A stretch of 64,000 nt of DNA, taken from an uncultured Methanolobus sp. (lineage in GTDB: Archaea > Halobacteriota > Methanosarcinia > Methanosarcinales > Methanosarcinaceae). The stretch is from positions 2,368,001-2,432,000 of the forward strand of contig OY776215.1 of the NCBI GenBank assembly GCA_963675495.1, written 5' to 3'. A program made the position numbers and the translations under genes. Below, in pieces: positions 1 to 10,793 of this stretch. How positions within the stretch are numbered: the first letter of the stretch is position 1; every line of letters starts with the position of its first letter. The notes under the pieces were generated by a model. That model searched no databases, was not told the origin of the DNA, and saw nothing but the letters and a program-made list of their open reading frames with translations.

Positions 1-459
1 TCCCGTGGGAACGAAAGGATAATAATTTCCTTGTTTGAAGTTATATATCCAGTAAACAGGCCCGTTGCTTTCAAACCTGTAAACTGCACACAGTATCTGT
101 TCCCCGAAACTCTGTTCTATAAGGGTCTGGGATATCATATGTATGTTAGTCACAAGGTCTTCAAAATCCCTGTCTTTCAATATCACCCATAGGAAATTAT
201 ATTCATCCTTTTGAATTTCAAAATCTGTTCCCGTTTCTTTGGTACTGAACTTAAGAAGTTGCTCTATTTCTTCCCTTGTATTTTCGTATTTTGACATTTC
301 CATAGATTTAAAACATATCCCTGCTACTGCAGAAGGTTTCAGATTCAGGTTTAGTTCAAGGGTAATGACTGCAGTTGATATAGCAAAAAGCCTGTCTGTT
401 TTTGCTTCAGGTACTTTGCTTCTTCCAAGCACAGAATTGAACATATCACGAAAACCCAT
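1..459 (-). CDS. PspA-associated protein PspAB-like (3' end runs off window)
   Basis: Not in ORF track; own translation from ATG at 459 (overlaps htpX stop): MGFRDMFNSVLGRAKVPEAKTDRLFAISTA...VYWIYNFKQGNYYPFVPTG, open to position 1; typical htpX neighbour. Confidence 0.75.
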   Translation of the reverse strand, partial: MGFRDMFNSVLGRSKVPEAKTDRLFAISTAVITLELNLNLKPSAVAGICFKSMEMSKYENTREEIEQLLKFSTKETGTDFEIQKDEYNFLWVILKDRDFEDLVTNIHMISQTLIEQSFGEQILCAVYRFESNGPVYWIYNFKQGNYYPFVPTG

Positions 460-1340
460 CAGAGCTCGATCTCCCTCTGTATCTTTTCAAGTGCAGCAAT
501 CCTTTTTTCCATGGATGGGTGAGTTGATATCAGATTCATCATAGAACCGGATACTGCAGGTATTATGAAAAAGGCATTCATACCTTCGACCTTACGAAGG
601 TCCTCAGTAGGTACATTTGCCATGGTTCCGCTTATCTTTCTTAGTGCAGAGATAAGGTTCACAGGATTTCCGGTAATGGCCGCAGACCCTCTGTCTGCTG
701 CAAATTCCCTGTATCTTGAAAGAGCACGAATAAGAAGGAAACTGATTATCCATACCAATATTGAAACGATCCATATTGCTACTAAACCACCATTTGAATT
801 CCTGCGACCGCCTCCAAAACCTCCAAAATAGAAACTGTACCTTACAATATAGAATGCCAGTGTTGAGATGAAACTGGCTATTGTCAATATTGCCATATCC
901 CTGTTTTTCACATGGCTCAGTTCGTGTGCAAGCACTGCTTCCAGTTCTCCCTGATCAAGCTTGTGCATCAAGCCTGTAGTTACAGCAACAACAGCATTCT
1001 TAGGACCTCTTCCGGTTGCAAAGGCGTTAGGTACGGAAGTGTCTACAATTGCGACCTTTGGTTTTGGCAGACCAGCGATAACACATAGTCTGGTGATCGT
1101 TTCATGAAGCTTTGGTTCTTCAGATTCTGAAACAACTCTTGCATTCATTGTCCAGAGGACCAGCTTATCCGAGTAATAATATTGTGCTCCCATGAACAAT
1201 GCGATGAACAAGAGCATGAATGTTTGGGGTGTACCCATGGACACAAGGAAAACCAGAAAACCAAGATAAACTACAGCTAGCAGGAACATCGTCAGTATCA
1301 TTCTTCCTTCTAGTCCGATATCTTTTTTCCATTCTACCAT
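459..1340 (-). CDS. htpX: Zinc metalloprotease HtpX (M48)
   Basis: HELSH zinc motif, PNAFATG, REFAAD, STHP, several TM segments. Confidence 0.95.
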   Translation of the reverse strand: MVEWKKDIGLEGRMILTMFLLAVVYLGFLVFLVSMGTPQTFMLLFIALFMGAQYYYSDKLVLWTMNARVVSESEEPKLHETITRLCVIAGLPKPKVAIVDTSVPNAFATGRGPKNAVVAVTTGLMHKLDQGELEAVLAHELSHVKNRDMAILTIASFISTLAFYIVRYSFYFGGFGGGRRNSNGGLVAIWIVSILVWIISFLLIRALSRYREFAADRGSAAITGNPVNLISALRKISGTMANVPTEDLRKVEGMNAFFIIPAVSGSMMNLISTHPSMEKRIAALEKIQREIEL

Positions 1341-1372
1341 TTCAATGCCTCTTATTGGTAATTCAATTTAAC

Positions 1373-2146
1373 TTATATATCATCTAAACGGAGTAATCCT
1401 TTTTGCCAGTCATTGATTATTTTGACAGCGGCTCTGGTTTCATCAATTTTACCCTTTTTCTTCAGGAAATTACTTTGTAATCCTATCATTTCAAGTATGT
1501 CATAGGAATTTTCATCTCCAATGCTTACCTTGTAGAAGGATTCAAGCGTTTCCTTGTTTTCAGCTACCAGTTTCTCGATAACCCTCAGTGCTACTCCTAT
1601 GGGGTCTTTCAGGTGAGTTGAGTCTTTTATTCCCAGTAGTCCCTGTATGTATTCATCGTGTTCATCCAGGGGGAAAACACCAGGTGTGTCCAGAAAAACA
1701 ATTCTTGAGCCTGCGTTGATTATTTGTACACCTTTTGTATGCCCGGAGATTGAAGATGTTGGAGCTTTACCCCTTCCGACAACGCTGTTGATAACCGAGG
1801 ATTTACCGGTATTTGGGTATCCTATACAACCAACTTTTACGTTCCGGTCCTGTATATCTGCAACTTCCAGTATTTTAAATCTCAACATTGTAGTCCCATA
1901 TTTCTCTTTTGAGGACACAAAAATAGTAGGTGCTATTTTTGCCATGCGGGATTTTGCCTTTTCAAGTTTATCTTTTGATACAAGGTCACATTTATTGAGT
2001 ACTATGATAAACGGTTTATTGAGACGCCCAAGATCGCGTTCTATCTCACTATTCCTGGTTTCCTCAGGAAAGCGGGCATCAACTACTTCCAGAAGGACAT
2101 CTGCTTTCTTTATGACGTCCTTTACTATCATTTTTTGGCTTGCCAT
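1373..2146 (-). CDS. Circularly permuted GTPase, RbgA/YlqF family
   Basis: DAR motif, NKCD (G4) before GYPNTGKSS (G1) and DTPG (G3). Confidence 0.9.
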   Translation of the reverse strand: MASQKMIVKDVIKKADVLLEVVDARFPEETRNSEIERDLGRLNKPFIIVLNKCDLVSKDKLEKAKSRMAKIAPTIFVSSKEKYGTTMLRFKILEVADIQDRNVKVGCIGYPNTGKSSVINSVVGRGKAPTSSISGHTKGVQIINAGSRIVFLDTPGVFPLDEHDEYIQGLLGIKDSTHLKDPIGVALRVIEKLVAENKETLESFYKVSIGDENSYDILEMIGLQSNFLKKKGKIDETRAAVKIINDWQKGLLRLDDI

Positions 2147-2557
2147 GATTTATTCTCAGTTCAGAAAAGTGATATGATTCTGTTTATCCTTATTCTTTGA
2201 AAGGATATATTTTCTTTGATGAAATATTTGCATGGGCAAGGTTGTATATTGATTCATTGAACAAGACGATTTGATAATTAGTATGCATTATTTTGAATTG
2301 AATTGTGTGTGTATGGTTTTGTTTTTGAACGCACAAATGTTTGATTTTGTATTCATTCTACTAAATTTCTGCAGCTGTAAAACTTGGGAACCCTTAAGTA
2401 TTATGGACTAATTTAAAGTTACAAGTGCTTATTTGTTTGCAAGTCCCCTTTCTGGAAAGTCTAAAACAAAACTAATAATGCCGTAACAATTCATGTCTCT
2501 GTATTATTTTTCCTGAGAGGTTGAGATAAATCAATCACATCGTTCTAAAAAATATAT

Positions 2558-4393
2558 ATGACACTATCTGATAAGCCCCGGATTCTTGTTGTCGATGATG
2601 AGCCACTGAACGTTGAGTTGCTTCAGGCTTACCTTGGGTTGGATTATGAAGTATTATCTGCATATAATGGGTATGATACACTGGATATTGTTTCCAGGGA
2701 AATGCCTGATCTTGTGCTTCTTGACGTAATGATGCCTGATATCAATGGTTTTACTGTTTGCGAGCATATTAAAAGATCAGAAACTACTCAATTCATACCC
2801 GTTGTTCTTGTCTCAGCTTTGTCTGAAAGGCATGATCGTTTAAGGGGCATAGAAGCCAAAGCAGATGATTTTCTCACAAAGCCAGTTGACAGGCTTGAGC
2901 TTAAAATGAGGGTGGATTCTTTACTTCGCATAAAATATCTTCATGACAACCTGGTAAAAGAACGGGATCAAGCCCAAAACTATCTTGATGTGGCAGCAGT
3001 GCTTATGATGGTTCTTGATTCAGAACAGAACATCTCCCTCATAAACAAGATGGGTCTTGAGATACTGGGTTGTGCTAATGAGGAAGAAGTTATTGGGCAA
3101 AACCTGCTTCATAATTTTATTCAAGAGACATCGAAACCGGAAATGGAAAAACATATTTTAGGCACATTGGATAAAACTGGGTCTGATATTAGCTACCATG
3201 AATGTCCTGTGATTACAAAACAGAATGAACAACGTATTATATCCTGGTATTCTAAATCCCTGACAGATGAAAATGATCATGTAACGGGAGTTCTTTGCTC
3301 TGGCATGGACATCACAGTACAAAAAAAAGCGGCAGAGGAACTTAGAATACGAACAAGTGCCATGGAAGCCTCAATAGATGGGATGGCTATCATGGACGAA
3401 AAAGGTACTTTTACATATGCAAATAATGCGCTTGTACATATCTTTGGATATGATAGTCCTGATGAGATCATAGGGGAAAAATGGCATGTTCTTTACAATG
3501 ATCCTGAAATAGAATTAATCTCAAATATTATTCTGTCCGAGTTCAGCTTAAAGGGAAAATGGAAAGGTGAATTGTTTGGAAAGAAGAAAGATGGAAGTGG
3601 TTTTTTCCATGAAGCCTCTCTTACGGTTCTTGATAACGGGATAATATCTGTTGTTAGGGACATATCTGAACGCAAGGAAGTTGAATGCCAATTGAATCAG
3701 TATGCATTACAACTCAAGAGTTCAAATGAGCTTAAAGATTTATTTGTAGATATGCTTCGTCATGATCTCTTAAATCCTGCAGGTGTGATAAAAGGGTTCA
3801 ATGATATGCTTTTACAGGAAGAGGTCGATAAAAGCAAGAGGTACAAGCTTCAACTGATTGAGAAAAATGTGTCTCGTCTTATAGAAATGATTGAATCAGC
3901 TGCAAAACTTGCAATGCTTGAAGATATCAACGATCTGGAATTCAAATCTGTCGATCTTGCAGGTATCATCCGCAATGTGGTTCAGGACTTTGAACTGCAA
4001 TTTATGGAAAAGAACATAACACTTGATCTTAAGCTGGGCCAGTCGCATCCAGCTATAGTGAACTCTTTCATAGATGGGGCATTTGTGAATTTCATTTCCA
4101 ATGCAATAAAATATGGTCCTTCTGATAGTGTTGTGTCAGTTGAAGTGCAGGATCTTGCTGATGAATGGAAGGTGCTGGTTTCTGATTTGGGTGAAGGGAT
4201 ACCTGATAAGGACAAGGATTTAGTCTTCAATCGCTTCAAACGTCTTGGTGAAAAGAAAAAGGCTGTCAAGGGTTCCGGTCTTGGTCTCGCAATTGCTCAA
4301 AGGATTGTTGAATTGCACGGTGGAAAAATAGGTATTAGTGATAATCCCGAAGGGAAAGGTAGTGTATTCTGGGCAACAGTGAAGAAGGCATAA
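2558..4393 (+). CDS. Hybrid sensor histidine kinase (REC-PAS-PAS-HisKA-HATPase)
   Basis: N-terminal VVDD...LLDVMMP...KP receiver, PAS/PAC segments, RHDLLNP H-box, NAIKY, GSGLGL. Confidence 0.92.
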   Translation: MTLSDKPRILVVDDEPLNVELLQAYLGLDYEVLSAYNGYDTLDIVSREMPDLVLLDVMMPDINGFTVCEHIKRSETTQFIPVVLVSALSERHDRLRGIEAKADDFLTKPVDRLELKMRVDSLLRIKYLHDNLVKERDQAQNYLDVAAVLMMVLDSEQNISLINKMGLEILGCANEEEVIGQNLLHNFIQETSKPEMEKHILGTLDKTGSDISYHECPVITKQNEQRIISWYSKSLTDENDHVTGVLCSGMDITVQKKAAEELRIRTSAMEASIDGMAIMDEKGTFTYANNALVHIFGYDSPDEIIGEKWHVLYNDPEIELISNIILSEFSLKGKWKGELFGKKKDGSGFFHEASLTVLDNGIISVVRDISERKEVECQLNQYALQLKSSNELKDLFVDMLRHDLLNPAGVIKGFNDMLLQEEVDKSKRYKLQLIEKNVSRLIEMIESAAKLAMLEDINDLEFKSVDLAGIIRNVVQDFELQFMEKNITLDLKLGQSHPAIVNSFIDGAFVNFISNAIKYGPSDSVVSVEVQDLADEWKVLVSDLGEGIPDKDKDLVFNRFKRLGEKKKAVKGSGLGLAIAQRIVELHGGKIGISDNPEGKGSVFWATVKKA

Positions 4394-4397
4394 GGTA

Positions 4398-4829
4398 TTA
4401 TTTACCAATATCCTCATACCAGATGTCCGGCTTTTCACGAATGAATTTTTGCATGATTTCCTTACATTCTGCTATGTCAAGATCGATAACTTCGACACCA
4501 TGCTCTTTCATAAACTCGGAGGCTCCTTCAAAAGTATCCGATTCGCCTGCAATGACTTTCTGTATTCCAAATTGCACTATAGCCCCTGCGCAAAGATAGC
4601 ATGGCATCAATGTCGAATAAATAACTGTATCGTTGTATTTTCCTATTCTTCCCGCGTTGCGAATGCAATCAATTTCAGCATGTGCAAGAGGGTCATCATG
4701 CTGCACTCTTCTATTATGTCCCTTGCTGATTATCTCGCCGTCTCTGACAAGGACAGACCCGATGGGGATACCTCCCTCTTTCAGCCCTTTCTTTGCCTCT
4801 TCTATAGCAGTTTGCATGAAATCGTCCAT
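4398..4829 (-). CDS. Nucleoside/cytosine deaminase
   Basis: HAE and PCYLC zinc motifs; C-terminal WYEDIG as in cytosine deaminases. Confidence 0.9.
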   Translation of the reverse strand: MDDFMQTAIEEAKKGLKEGGIPIGSVLVRDGEIISKGHNRRVQHDDPLAHAEIDCIRNAGRIGKYNDTVIYSTLMPCYLCAGAIVQFGIQKVIAGESDTFEGASEFMKEHGVEVIDLDIAECKEIMQKFIREKPDIWYEDIGK

Positions 4830-4975
4830 ATAATTCTCCTCAAGTTATAATATAAGCAGAAGCTAATATATTAGTATGTAGATATATTTTTTTTTATTGC
4901 ACATAAGTAAAAAACAAACTAAAAAAAAATTCAGATAGAAAAGATAATTGTATGCATAAGCATACTTACTCTCAG

Positions 4976-5293
4976 TTACAGGGTTAACATGAGATTTCCA
5001 AAAAAACAAGTGTTTTCATGTGCACTGATTGCTGCTGGCTTAAGTATTGCAATACCCTTGTTCATGGTTTTTGATGCTGTGAGTATTTCCATAAGTGATA
5101 ATTTACCTTCTTCAAACATGTCACCTACCGATTTCATACCTTCTATGAAACCTTCTTCAATCACATCTATGGGGTCAATTCCTGACCTGATAGTCTCCAT
5201 TGCAACATTTGTTGCTGCAGCATCATTAAAGTCTATTACTGAGTTTTTAGCTTTTTTGATAAGCTCTTTCTTTGCAGAATCATTGTTATTCAT
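4976..5293 (-). CDS. Stand-alone B12-binding cap (N-terminal corrinoid protein) domain
   Basis: GIDPIDVIEEGFIEGMKSVGDMFEEG resembles the helical cap of methylotrophic corrinoid proteins; no DxHxxG. Confidence 0.75.
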   Translation of the reverse strand: MNNNDSAKKELIKKAKNSVIDFNDAAATNVAMETIRSGIDPIDVIEEGFIEGMKSVGDMFEEGKLSLMEILTASKTMNKGIAILKPAAISAHENTCFFGNLMLTL

Positions 5294-5512
5294 GATTTGA
5301 TCATATCCTCAGACATTGTTCTTTGAAATATGGAAGTTTGATTTCGAAATGGTTCTTACCATCCAGGGCTCTCTATCTACTAATTTTCATAAGAACTTTG
5401 TCTACCTGAAATATATATTTGCCTGTAAAATATATAATATTCATATTTTCAGGAAAGCTATTGATGGTACGTGTAAAACAATCATTTAAAATCAAAAGCC
5501 TGATGACATGGG

Positions 5513-6757
5513 TCATTTGTGCTTTCGCAGGCTATCCAAATCTTTCTTAATCCTGAAAACACGATCATTCTTACGGACAATATCTCCTACTGCAAGTCCA
5601 ATTTCGTTTCCTTTTTCAATCGAATTTACATTTTCATCATCATAAACAATGGATGCAACTTCCTGTTCCAGATAAGTGGTACTACCCTCAAATATGATGT
5701 GATCTCCAACATTCAATCCTTTTTCCAGTAGCTTTACAGCTGCTGCAGATACCTTTGGGTAGTAATTTGTAACTACTCCTACGGCTTCTCTTTTTATTGG
5801 TGAGGCATTCATGTTAGAATCATATGCCAGACTGTCCGGTCCAGGATGACCGAAATAGAAGCCAGTTGAAAACCCCCTGTTATACTCAAGTGCCAGTTTC
5901 TCTTTCAGGGGGACAATATTGCTTCTATTATATGTGCCATCTATGAAAAAGTCAAGTGCCTGGCGGTAAGATCTTGACACGGTTGATGTATATCCCGGGT
6001 TTCGGAGTCTTCCTTCAACCTTGAAGGCATCAACTCCTGCTTCGACAAGTTCAGGTATGTGTTCTATCATGCAGAGATCCTTTGCGCTCATTAGATATTT
6101 ACCTTCAATATCAACAATTGCTCCGTTATCTGAATGCAGAGACCATTCCCAGCGACATGGCTGACTACATTCTCCACAGTTACCTGATTTTCCAAGCAGA
6201 TATGCCGAAAGATAACACCTGCCTGAAATAGACTGGCACATGGCTCCATGAACGAATACTTCAAGTTCGATCTTAGTATCTTCTTTAATCTGTTTTATTT
6301 GCTCTAACCTAAGTTCTCGTGCAAGCACTACCCGGCTGGCTCCAAGGGACCTATAGAACTCTGCAGTGATCTGGTTCGAGACATTTGCCTGGGTTGATAT
6401 GTGTATCCTCAGGTCTTTATCAGCAGCTTTCATTATCGTTGCAGGATCCCATGCGATAACAGCATCCACATTTGCAGAGGCAGCACACTCAAGTACTTCA
6501 CCCAGTTCTTTGAGGTCATCGGGGTATATTACGGAGTTGACTGCAAGGTATCCTTTCATTCCTTTTTCATGTATCTCTTCAACAAAAGAAGCAAGCTTTT
6601 CAGTTGTGATATCCTGTGCTCTGGACCTGAGACTCAATCTGTCAAGTGAGAAGTAAACTGCATCAGCATGTTCTTTACATGCTTTCAAAGCTGCCAGATT
6701 CTTCACACCCATCACAAGTTCCGGTATTTTGCTTTCGTTTTTATCAGGAGACATCAT
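5513..6757 (-). CDS. Peptidase U32 family Fe-S protein
   Basis: ELEVFVHGAMC-x6-C...CSQPCR, FKVEGR, C-terminal beta-barrel-like extension. Confidence 0.9.
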   Translation of the reverse strand: MMSPDKNESKIPELVMGVKNLAALKACKEHADAVYFSLDRLSLRSRAQDITTEKLASFVEEIHEKGMKGYLAVNSVIYPDDLKELGEVLECAASANVDAVIAWDPATIMKAADKDLRIHISTQANVSNQITAEFYRSLGASRVVLARELRLEQIKQIKEDTKIELEVFVHGAMCQSISGRCYLSAYLLGKSGNCGECSQPCRWEWSLHSDNGAIVDIEGKYLMSAKDLCMIEHIPELVEAGVDAFKVEGRLRNPGYTSTVSRSYRQALDFFIDGTYNRSNIVPLKEKLALEYNRGFSTGFYFGHPGPDSLAYDSNMNASPIKREAVGVVTNYYPKVSAAAVKLLEKGLNVGDHIIFEGSTTYLEQEVASIVYDDENVNSIEKGNEIGLAVGDIVRKNDRVFRIKKDLDSLRKHK

Positions 6758-6884
6758 GATAGAAATTCAAATTAAGATTTAAATTACTTGTGTTGGAAAG
6801 GCAATTTTAATTGTTCAGTGAACAACTTTTATTTGAACTTGGTAACTTATATATACTATAGAACACTATATTGCAGTATCAAGT

Positions 6885-6906
6885 AATGTTAGGGTTCCCT
6901 AATATT
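6885..6906. promoter_or_regulatory. Palindromic operator downstream of the feoA TATA box
   Basis: AATGTTAGGG-TT-CCCTAATATT near-perfect inverted repeat; TTATATATA at 6847-6855. Confidence 0.55.
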
Positions 6907-6973
6907 GTGAGTGTCTATGAAATCGTTGGTATTTAGTGAATATCGCTTTCTAGAAAACGACAGAGGTAAAAAA

Positions 6974-7210
6974 ATGGCTCCGATCATACCACTTGTAATG
7001 ATGCCGGAAGGTAAAAACAGCAAGATCATTTCTATTAACGCAGGTAGTTCCCTGCTTAATCGTCTCAGATCAATGGGCTTTATAGAGAACACCCTGCTTA
7101 AAGTGAAAAGGGGCATAAATGGTTCTCTCATCGTATCCATAAACGGGTGTGATTATGCACTTGGCAGGGGTATGGCTTCAAAGATCATGGTACAGGAATC
7201 TTCCTTATAA
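6974..7210 (+). CDS. feoA: FeoA family protein
   Basis: GAGGT RBS before ATG 6974; RLRSMGF...YALGRGMASKIMV FeoA signature. Confidence 0.88.
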   Translation: MAPIIPLVMMPEGKNSKIISINAGSSLLNRLRSMGFIENTLLKVKRGINGSLIVSINGCDYALGRGMASKIMVQESSL

Positions 7211-7309
7211 TTTAATATATACTTCAGACGTCTTTTTGGAAAAATTTTAACAATTCAAAGCAGTTATACTAAAAAAAGGTGAAGCTCATTGAGCTTCATT
7301 TTGATTAAC

Positions 7310-7945
7310 TTATTCTTCCTTTTTCTGGAATATGAATGCAATTCCGAGTATCGCAATTACAGGAAGTGCAATTGTGGGGAATTCAGGAATCTCTGTATCT
7401 TCAGGACAGTTGTAACCGTATTTGTAAATTGTTACATGACCATCATGGCAGTCATCGCGTACATTCAAGTTCTTTATTTTTATTGTGTGGATAGTGTTTT
7501 CAAGACCTGTTATTTTCAATGACGTTATTTTTTGTGCATCGATATTTTGTCCGGTGTTAACATTTGCCCAGGTATCCCCTGTCCAAACTCTTTTACCGTC
7601 TACAACAACTCTTGCATATCCATCGTTCCTGTCACTGGCAAATACAATGCAGAAACAATCAGTTGGATACTGGGTAGTTATTTTCATATTACCCTGTTCA
7701 TCAAGTACAGCAAGTCTTCCATCTGAATTTGTCCATATGCTACCTTTAACGCTGCTATTGAAATAGGACTCAAAACCACTGGTTATGCTATTATGATTTC
7801 CATATGTCCATGTGTCAAGACTGCATTCTCCATCGACAAGTTCTACAGATACTGTTGATGATTGAGTGGTTGCTGCTGCTGTTCCAATTATCATCAATGT
7901 TGCAATCAACATAAGAAATATGTTTTTTAGATTACTGTTTTTCAT
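7310..7945 (-). CDS. Secreted PEF-CTERM sorting-domain protein
   Basis: Signal peptide MKNSNLKNIFLMLIATLMIIGTAAA; C-terminal EIPEFPTIALPVIAILGIAFIFQKKEE. Confidence 0.88.
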   Translation of the reverse strand: MKNSNLKNIFLMLIATLMIIGTAAATTQSSTVSVELVDGECSLDTWTYGNHNSITSGFESYFNSSVKGSIWTNSDGRLAVLDEQGNMKITTQYPTDCFCIVFASDRNDGYARVVVDGKRVWTGDTWANVNTGQNIDAQKITSLKITGLENTIHTIKIKNLNVRDDCHDGHVTIYKYGYNCPEDTEIPEFPTIALPVIAILGIAFIFQKKEE

Positions 7946-8158
7946 ATCGTACCACCAAAATTTGTAAGTAATTTCTACCATCTGTTTGGAAGTACTTAAA
8001 CATTATGAATATATATCTAATGTACTAATTAGTATCATAATCATTTCATCATTTTTCCAAAGTGAGAACTGCTATATTTCAAAATAAAACTGATAAAAAG
8101 TATGGTTACTATTAAAAAAATCAAAGAATTGGGTAAAGTGGGGTTAGATATAGCAGGT

Positions 8159-8938
8159 TTAAAATTGTTTTTTGTTCCCGCTTGGTCCTCTCATATAATT
8201 GCCAAATTCTGAATCTATAAGTTGAATTCCATTGAAAACAGGTCCGTCTTTGCAGACTCGAAGTCCTGTTTTGTCCATACAGCATGCACCACAAACGCCG
8301 ATTCCGCATTTGAAATACCGGTGAAGACTGAACTCAGTCTTTTCAAGGGCATCCTCTTTTTCAAGCATTCCGAAAATAGCCTTCATCATCATTTCAGGAC
8401 CGCAAGTGTAGATCCTGTCATAAGATCTGATGTCGGTCTCAGCAAGGACATCGGTTACAAAACCACATCTGTGAGCTGAACCATCGTCCGTTGTCAGGTG
8501 TAGTTCACCACATGATGCAAATTGATCTACAAAAATCAATTCATCCGCATTTCTGGCTCCGAGTATGGTGCTCATGCAAACGCCTGTAGATGCTGCATAT
8601 TCAGCAAGATGCACAAGTGGTACAGTTCCTACTCCGCCTGCGATAAGGAGTATCTTCTCATCCTTACTCGGAAGCGTGAATCCCTTTCCGAAAGGTCCTC
8701 TTATCCCAAGAGTATCCCCTTCTTCAAGCGCGAACATCTTTTCAGTTGCATCCCCTACTTTCTGCACGGTGATGGAGTTCTTGCTTGACAGTCCCATGGG
8801 AATCTCATCAACACCTCTTATCCAGACCATTACAAATTGACCTGCAATTGTATCATCAAATGACCTATCGAAAACGAAGGTTCTGATTGATGGTGTTTCT
8901 TTGATTATCTTAGTTATTTTGACGTTGGTGGGGTACAT
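8159..8938 (-). CDS. pyrK: Dihydroorotate dehydrogenase electron transfer subunit
   Basis: [25 protein letters not shown]...C 2Fe-2S motif; adjacent to pyrD. Confidence 0.95.
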   Translation of the reverse strand: MYPTNVKITKIIKETPSIRTFVFDRSFDDTIAGQFVMVWIRGVDEIPMGLSSKNSITVQKVGDATEKMFALEEGDTLGIRGPFGKGFTLPSKDEKILLIAGGVGTVPLVHLAEYAASTGVCMSTILGARNADELIFVDQFASCGELHLTTDDGSAHRCGFVTDVLAETDIRSYDRIYTCGPEMMMKAIFGMLEKEDALEKTEFSLHRYFKCGIGVCGACCMDKTGLRVCKDGPVFNGIQLIDSEFGNYMRGPSGNKKQF

Positions 8939-9840
8939 TATATCCTCTCATGTGCAATCCCAATGATATCTGCTATATTGCGGTATTCTTTTTCAGAAAC
9001 GAACTTTTCGATTCCCGTGGAAATGGAGCTGAATACTTCCAGTCCTTCGTAGACTGCAGAGCCTATCTGTACTGCGCTGGCTCCTGCCATCATCATTTCT
9101 ATAGCATCTTCCCATGTGTAAACACCTCCAACACCAATAATGGGTATATCGAGGGCAGTGTATAGGTCATATACACATTTCAATGCAACTGGCTTCACAG
9201 CACGACCGGAAAGTCCACCGAACTTATTGCCAAGTATGGGGTAGCCACTGTTGATGTCTATTGCCATTCCTTTTAGAGTATTGATGGCAACAACAGCATC
9301 AGCTCCACCTCTTTGTGCTGCTTCTCCAATTGTTACAATATCCGTGACATTGGGTGTTAATTTCACCCATACAGGCACATCCACGGCATCTTTTACTGCT
9401 TTTGTGATGCTTTCCACAGCATCAGGATTGCTTCCTACAGCAGCTCCATATCCCAATGCATGAGGACAACTTACATTCAGCTCAAATGCATTGGGCTTTG
9501 ATTCAATAAGACCAAGAGCCACATTCACAAACTCTTCTTCAGTGCCGCCGAATATGCTTGCAATAATCGGAGTATCTGTCTGGTTCTTTGCTATTGCGAG
9601 CTCATTCTTAAAATCAGGATGGGAAGGATTTGGTAATCCCATAGCATTTAAAAACCCATATCCAAGGTTTATCATACTTGGATTTTTATGCCCTTCTTTA
9701 GGTTCTGGGCCAATGGATTTTGTCACGACTGCGCCAGCTCCCTCTTTTGCAACACGTAAAAGTGATGCGCCTGTGGTGCCCATGATGCCGGCAGCCAGTA
9801 TTGTAGGATTTTTGAGTTTTATTCCGGTGATATCTATCAT
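8938..9840 (-). CDS. pyrD: Dihydroorotate dehydrogenase B, catalytic subunit
   Basis: [26 protein letters not shown]. Confidence 0.95.
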   Translation of the reverse strand: MIDITGIKLKNPTILAAGIMGTTGASLLRVAKEGAGAVVTKSIGPEPKEGHKNPSMINLGYGFLNAMGLPNPSHPDFKNELAIAKNQTDTPIIASIFGGTEEEFVNVALGLIESKPNAFELNVSCPHALGYGAAVGSNPDAVESITKAVKDAVDVPVWVKLTPNVTDIVTIGEAAQRGGADAVVAINTLKGMAIDINSGYPILGNKFGGLSGRAVKPVALKCVYDLYTALDIPIIGVGGVYTWEDAIEMMMAGASAVQIGSAVYEGLEVFSSISTGIEKFVSEKEYRNIADIIGIAHERI

Positions 9841-9841
9841 A

Positions 9842-10780
9842 TTAATCTTGCATTTCATAAGATGTTCCTGATTCTAACTGGCATACGGCTCTCTGTACAA
9901 GTTCCTTGCCGCCCATCTGCACTAGTTCATTTCCAAGTATCCTTGCGTATTCCTGATACCTATCAGCCGGGATTACCTCATCAATACGTACATGTTCAGT
10001 GCCATCCAGTGCCAGTACTTCACAACATATACTTATTTCATCATCGTTGATGAAATGTGCAAAGGAGCCTATTGGGGCTGTACATCCTCCTTCTACATCA
10101 GTGATAACTATGCGCTCTACTTCTGTCTCTATCCTTGTTCTCTGGTGATCAAGGTTAGATGTTGCTTCTTCTGCCTCAGTTCCGGCAGGAGTTACCACGG
10201 CGATGGTTCCCTGGTTCGCAGAAGGGCAGAAGAATTGTGGATTAAGACGCTCGACATCCATTTCCCAGCCCATTCTCTGAAGACCTGCTTCTGCAAGCAG
10301 GATGCCATCATAAAGACCTTCTTCGAGCTTTCTTATTCTGGTATTGATATTTCCTCTCAGGTCCTGGACGTGAAGGTCCGGGCGATATCTTAGAATCTGC
10401 GCTCTTCTGCGCATGGATGTGGTTCCAAGTACAGCTCCTTCCGGAAGGTCATCAATTCTGGAACCATCAGTTGTAAGCAGGACATCATAAGGTGAATCAC
10501 GTTTTAACACTGCAGAGATGGACAGTTCCTCAGGCCGGATGGTTGGCAGGTCTTTCATGGAGTGAACCGAGATATCAATTTCGCCATCAAGCATTCTGTC
10601 ATCGAGTTCCCTGACAAATGCACCAACACCAGCTACCTCATGCAGTGGCCTGTCTGTAAAAGTGTCTCCTGACGTTGTGATTATTTTTCTGGTCGTGCTG
10701 ACCCCAAGTTCTGAAAGGAGGCCTTCGATGGTCTCTGTCTGAGCAAGAGCCAGGGCACTTCCACGGGTTCCTATTATCAT
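9842..10780 (-). CDS. hemC: Hydroxymethylbilane synthase
   Basis: GTRGSALALAQ, VHSMKDLP, LRGNINTR, EGGC. Confidence 0.96.
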   Translation of the reverse strand: MIIGTRGSALALAQTETIEGLLSELGVSTTRKIITTSGDTFTDRPLHEVAGVGAFVRELDDRMLDGEIDISVHSMKDLPTIRPEELSISAVLKRDSPYDVLLTTDGSRIDDLPEGAVLGTTSMRRRAQILRYRPDLHVQDLRGNINTRIRKLEEGLYDGILLAEAGLQRMGWEMDVERLNPQFFCPSANQGTIAVVTPAGTEAEEATSNLDHQRTRIETEVERIVITDVEGGCTAPIGSFAHFINDDEISICCEVLALDGTEHVRIDEVIPADRYQEYARILGNELVQMGGKELVQRAVCQLESGTSYEMQD

Positions 10781-10793
10781 GTTAGTTCACCGC

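Noticed and set aside
2384-2398. CTTGGGAACCCTTA as a second copy of the feoA operator
   Set aside because: Three mismatches in 14 bp and loss of the palindrome; probably chance.
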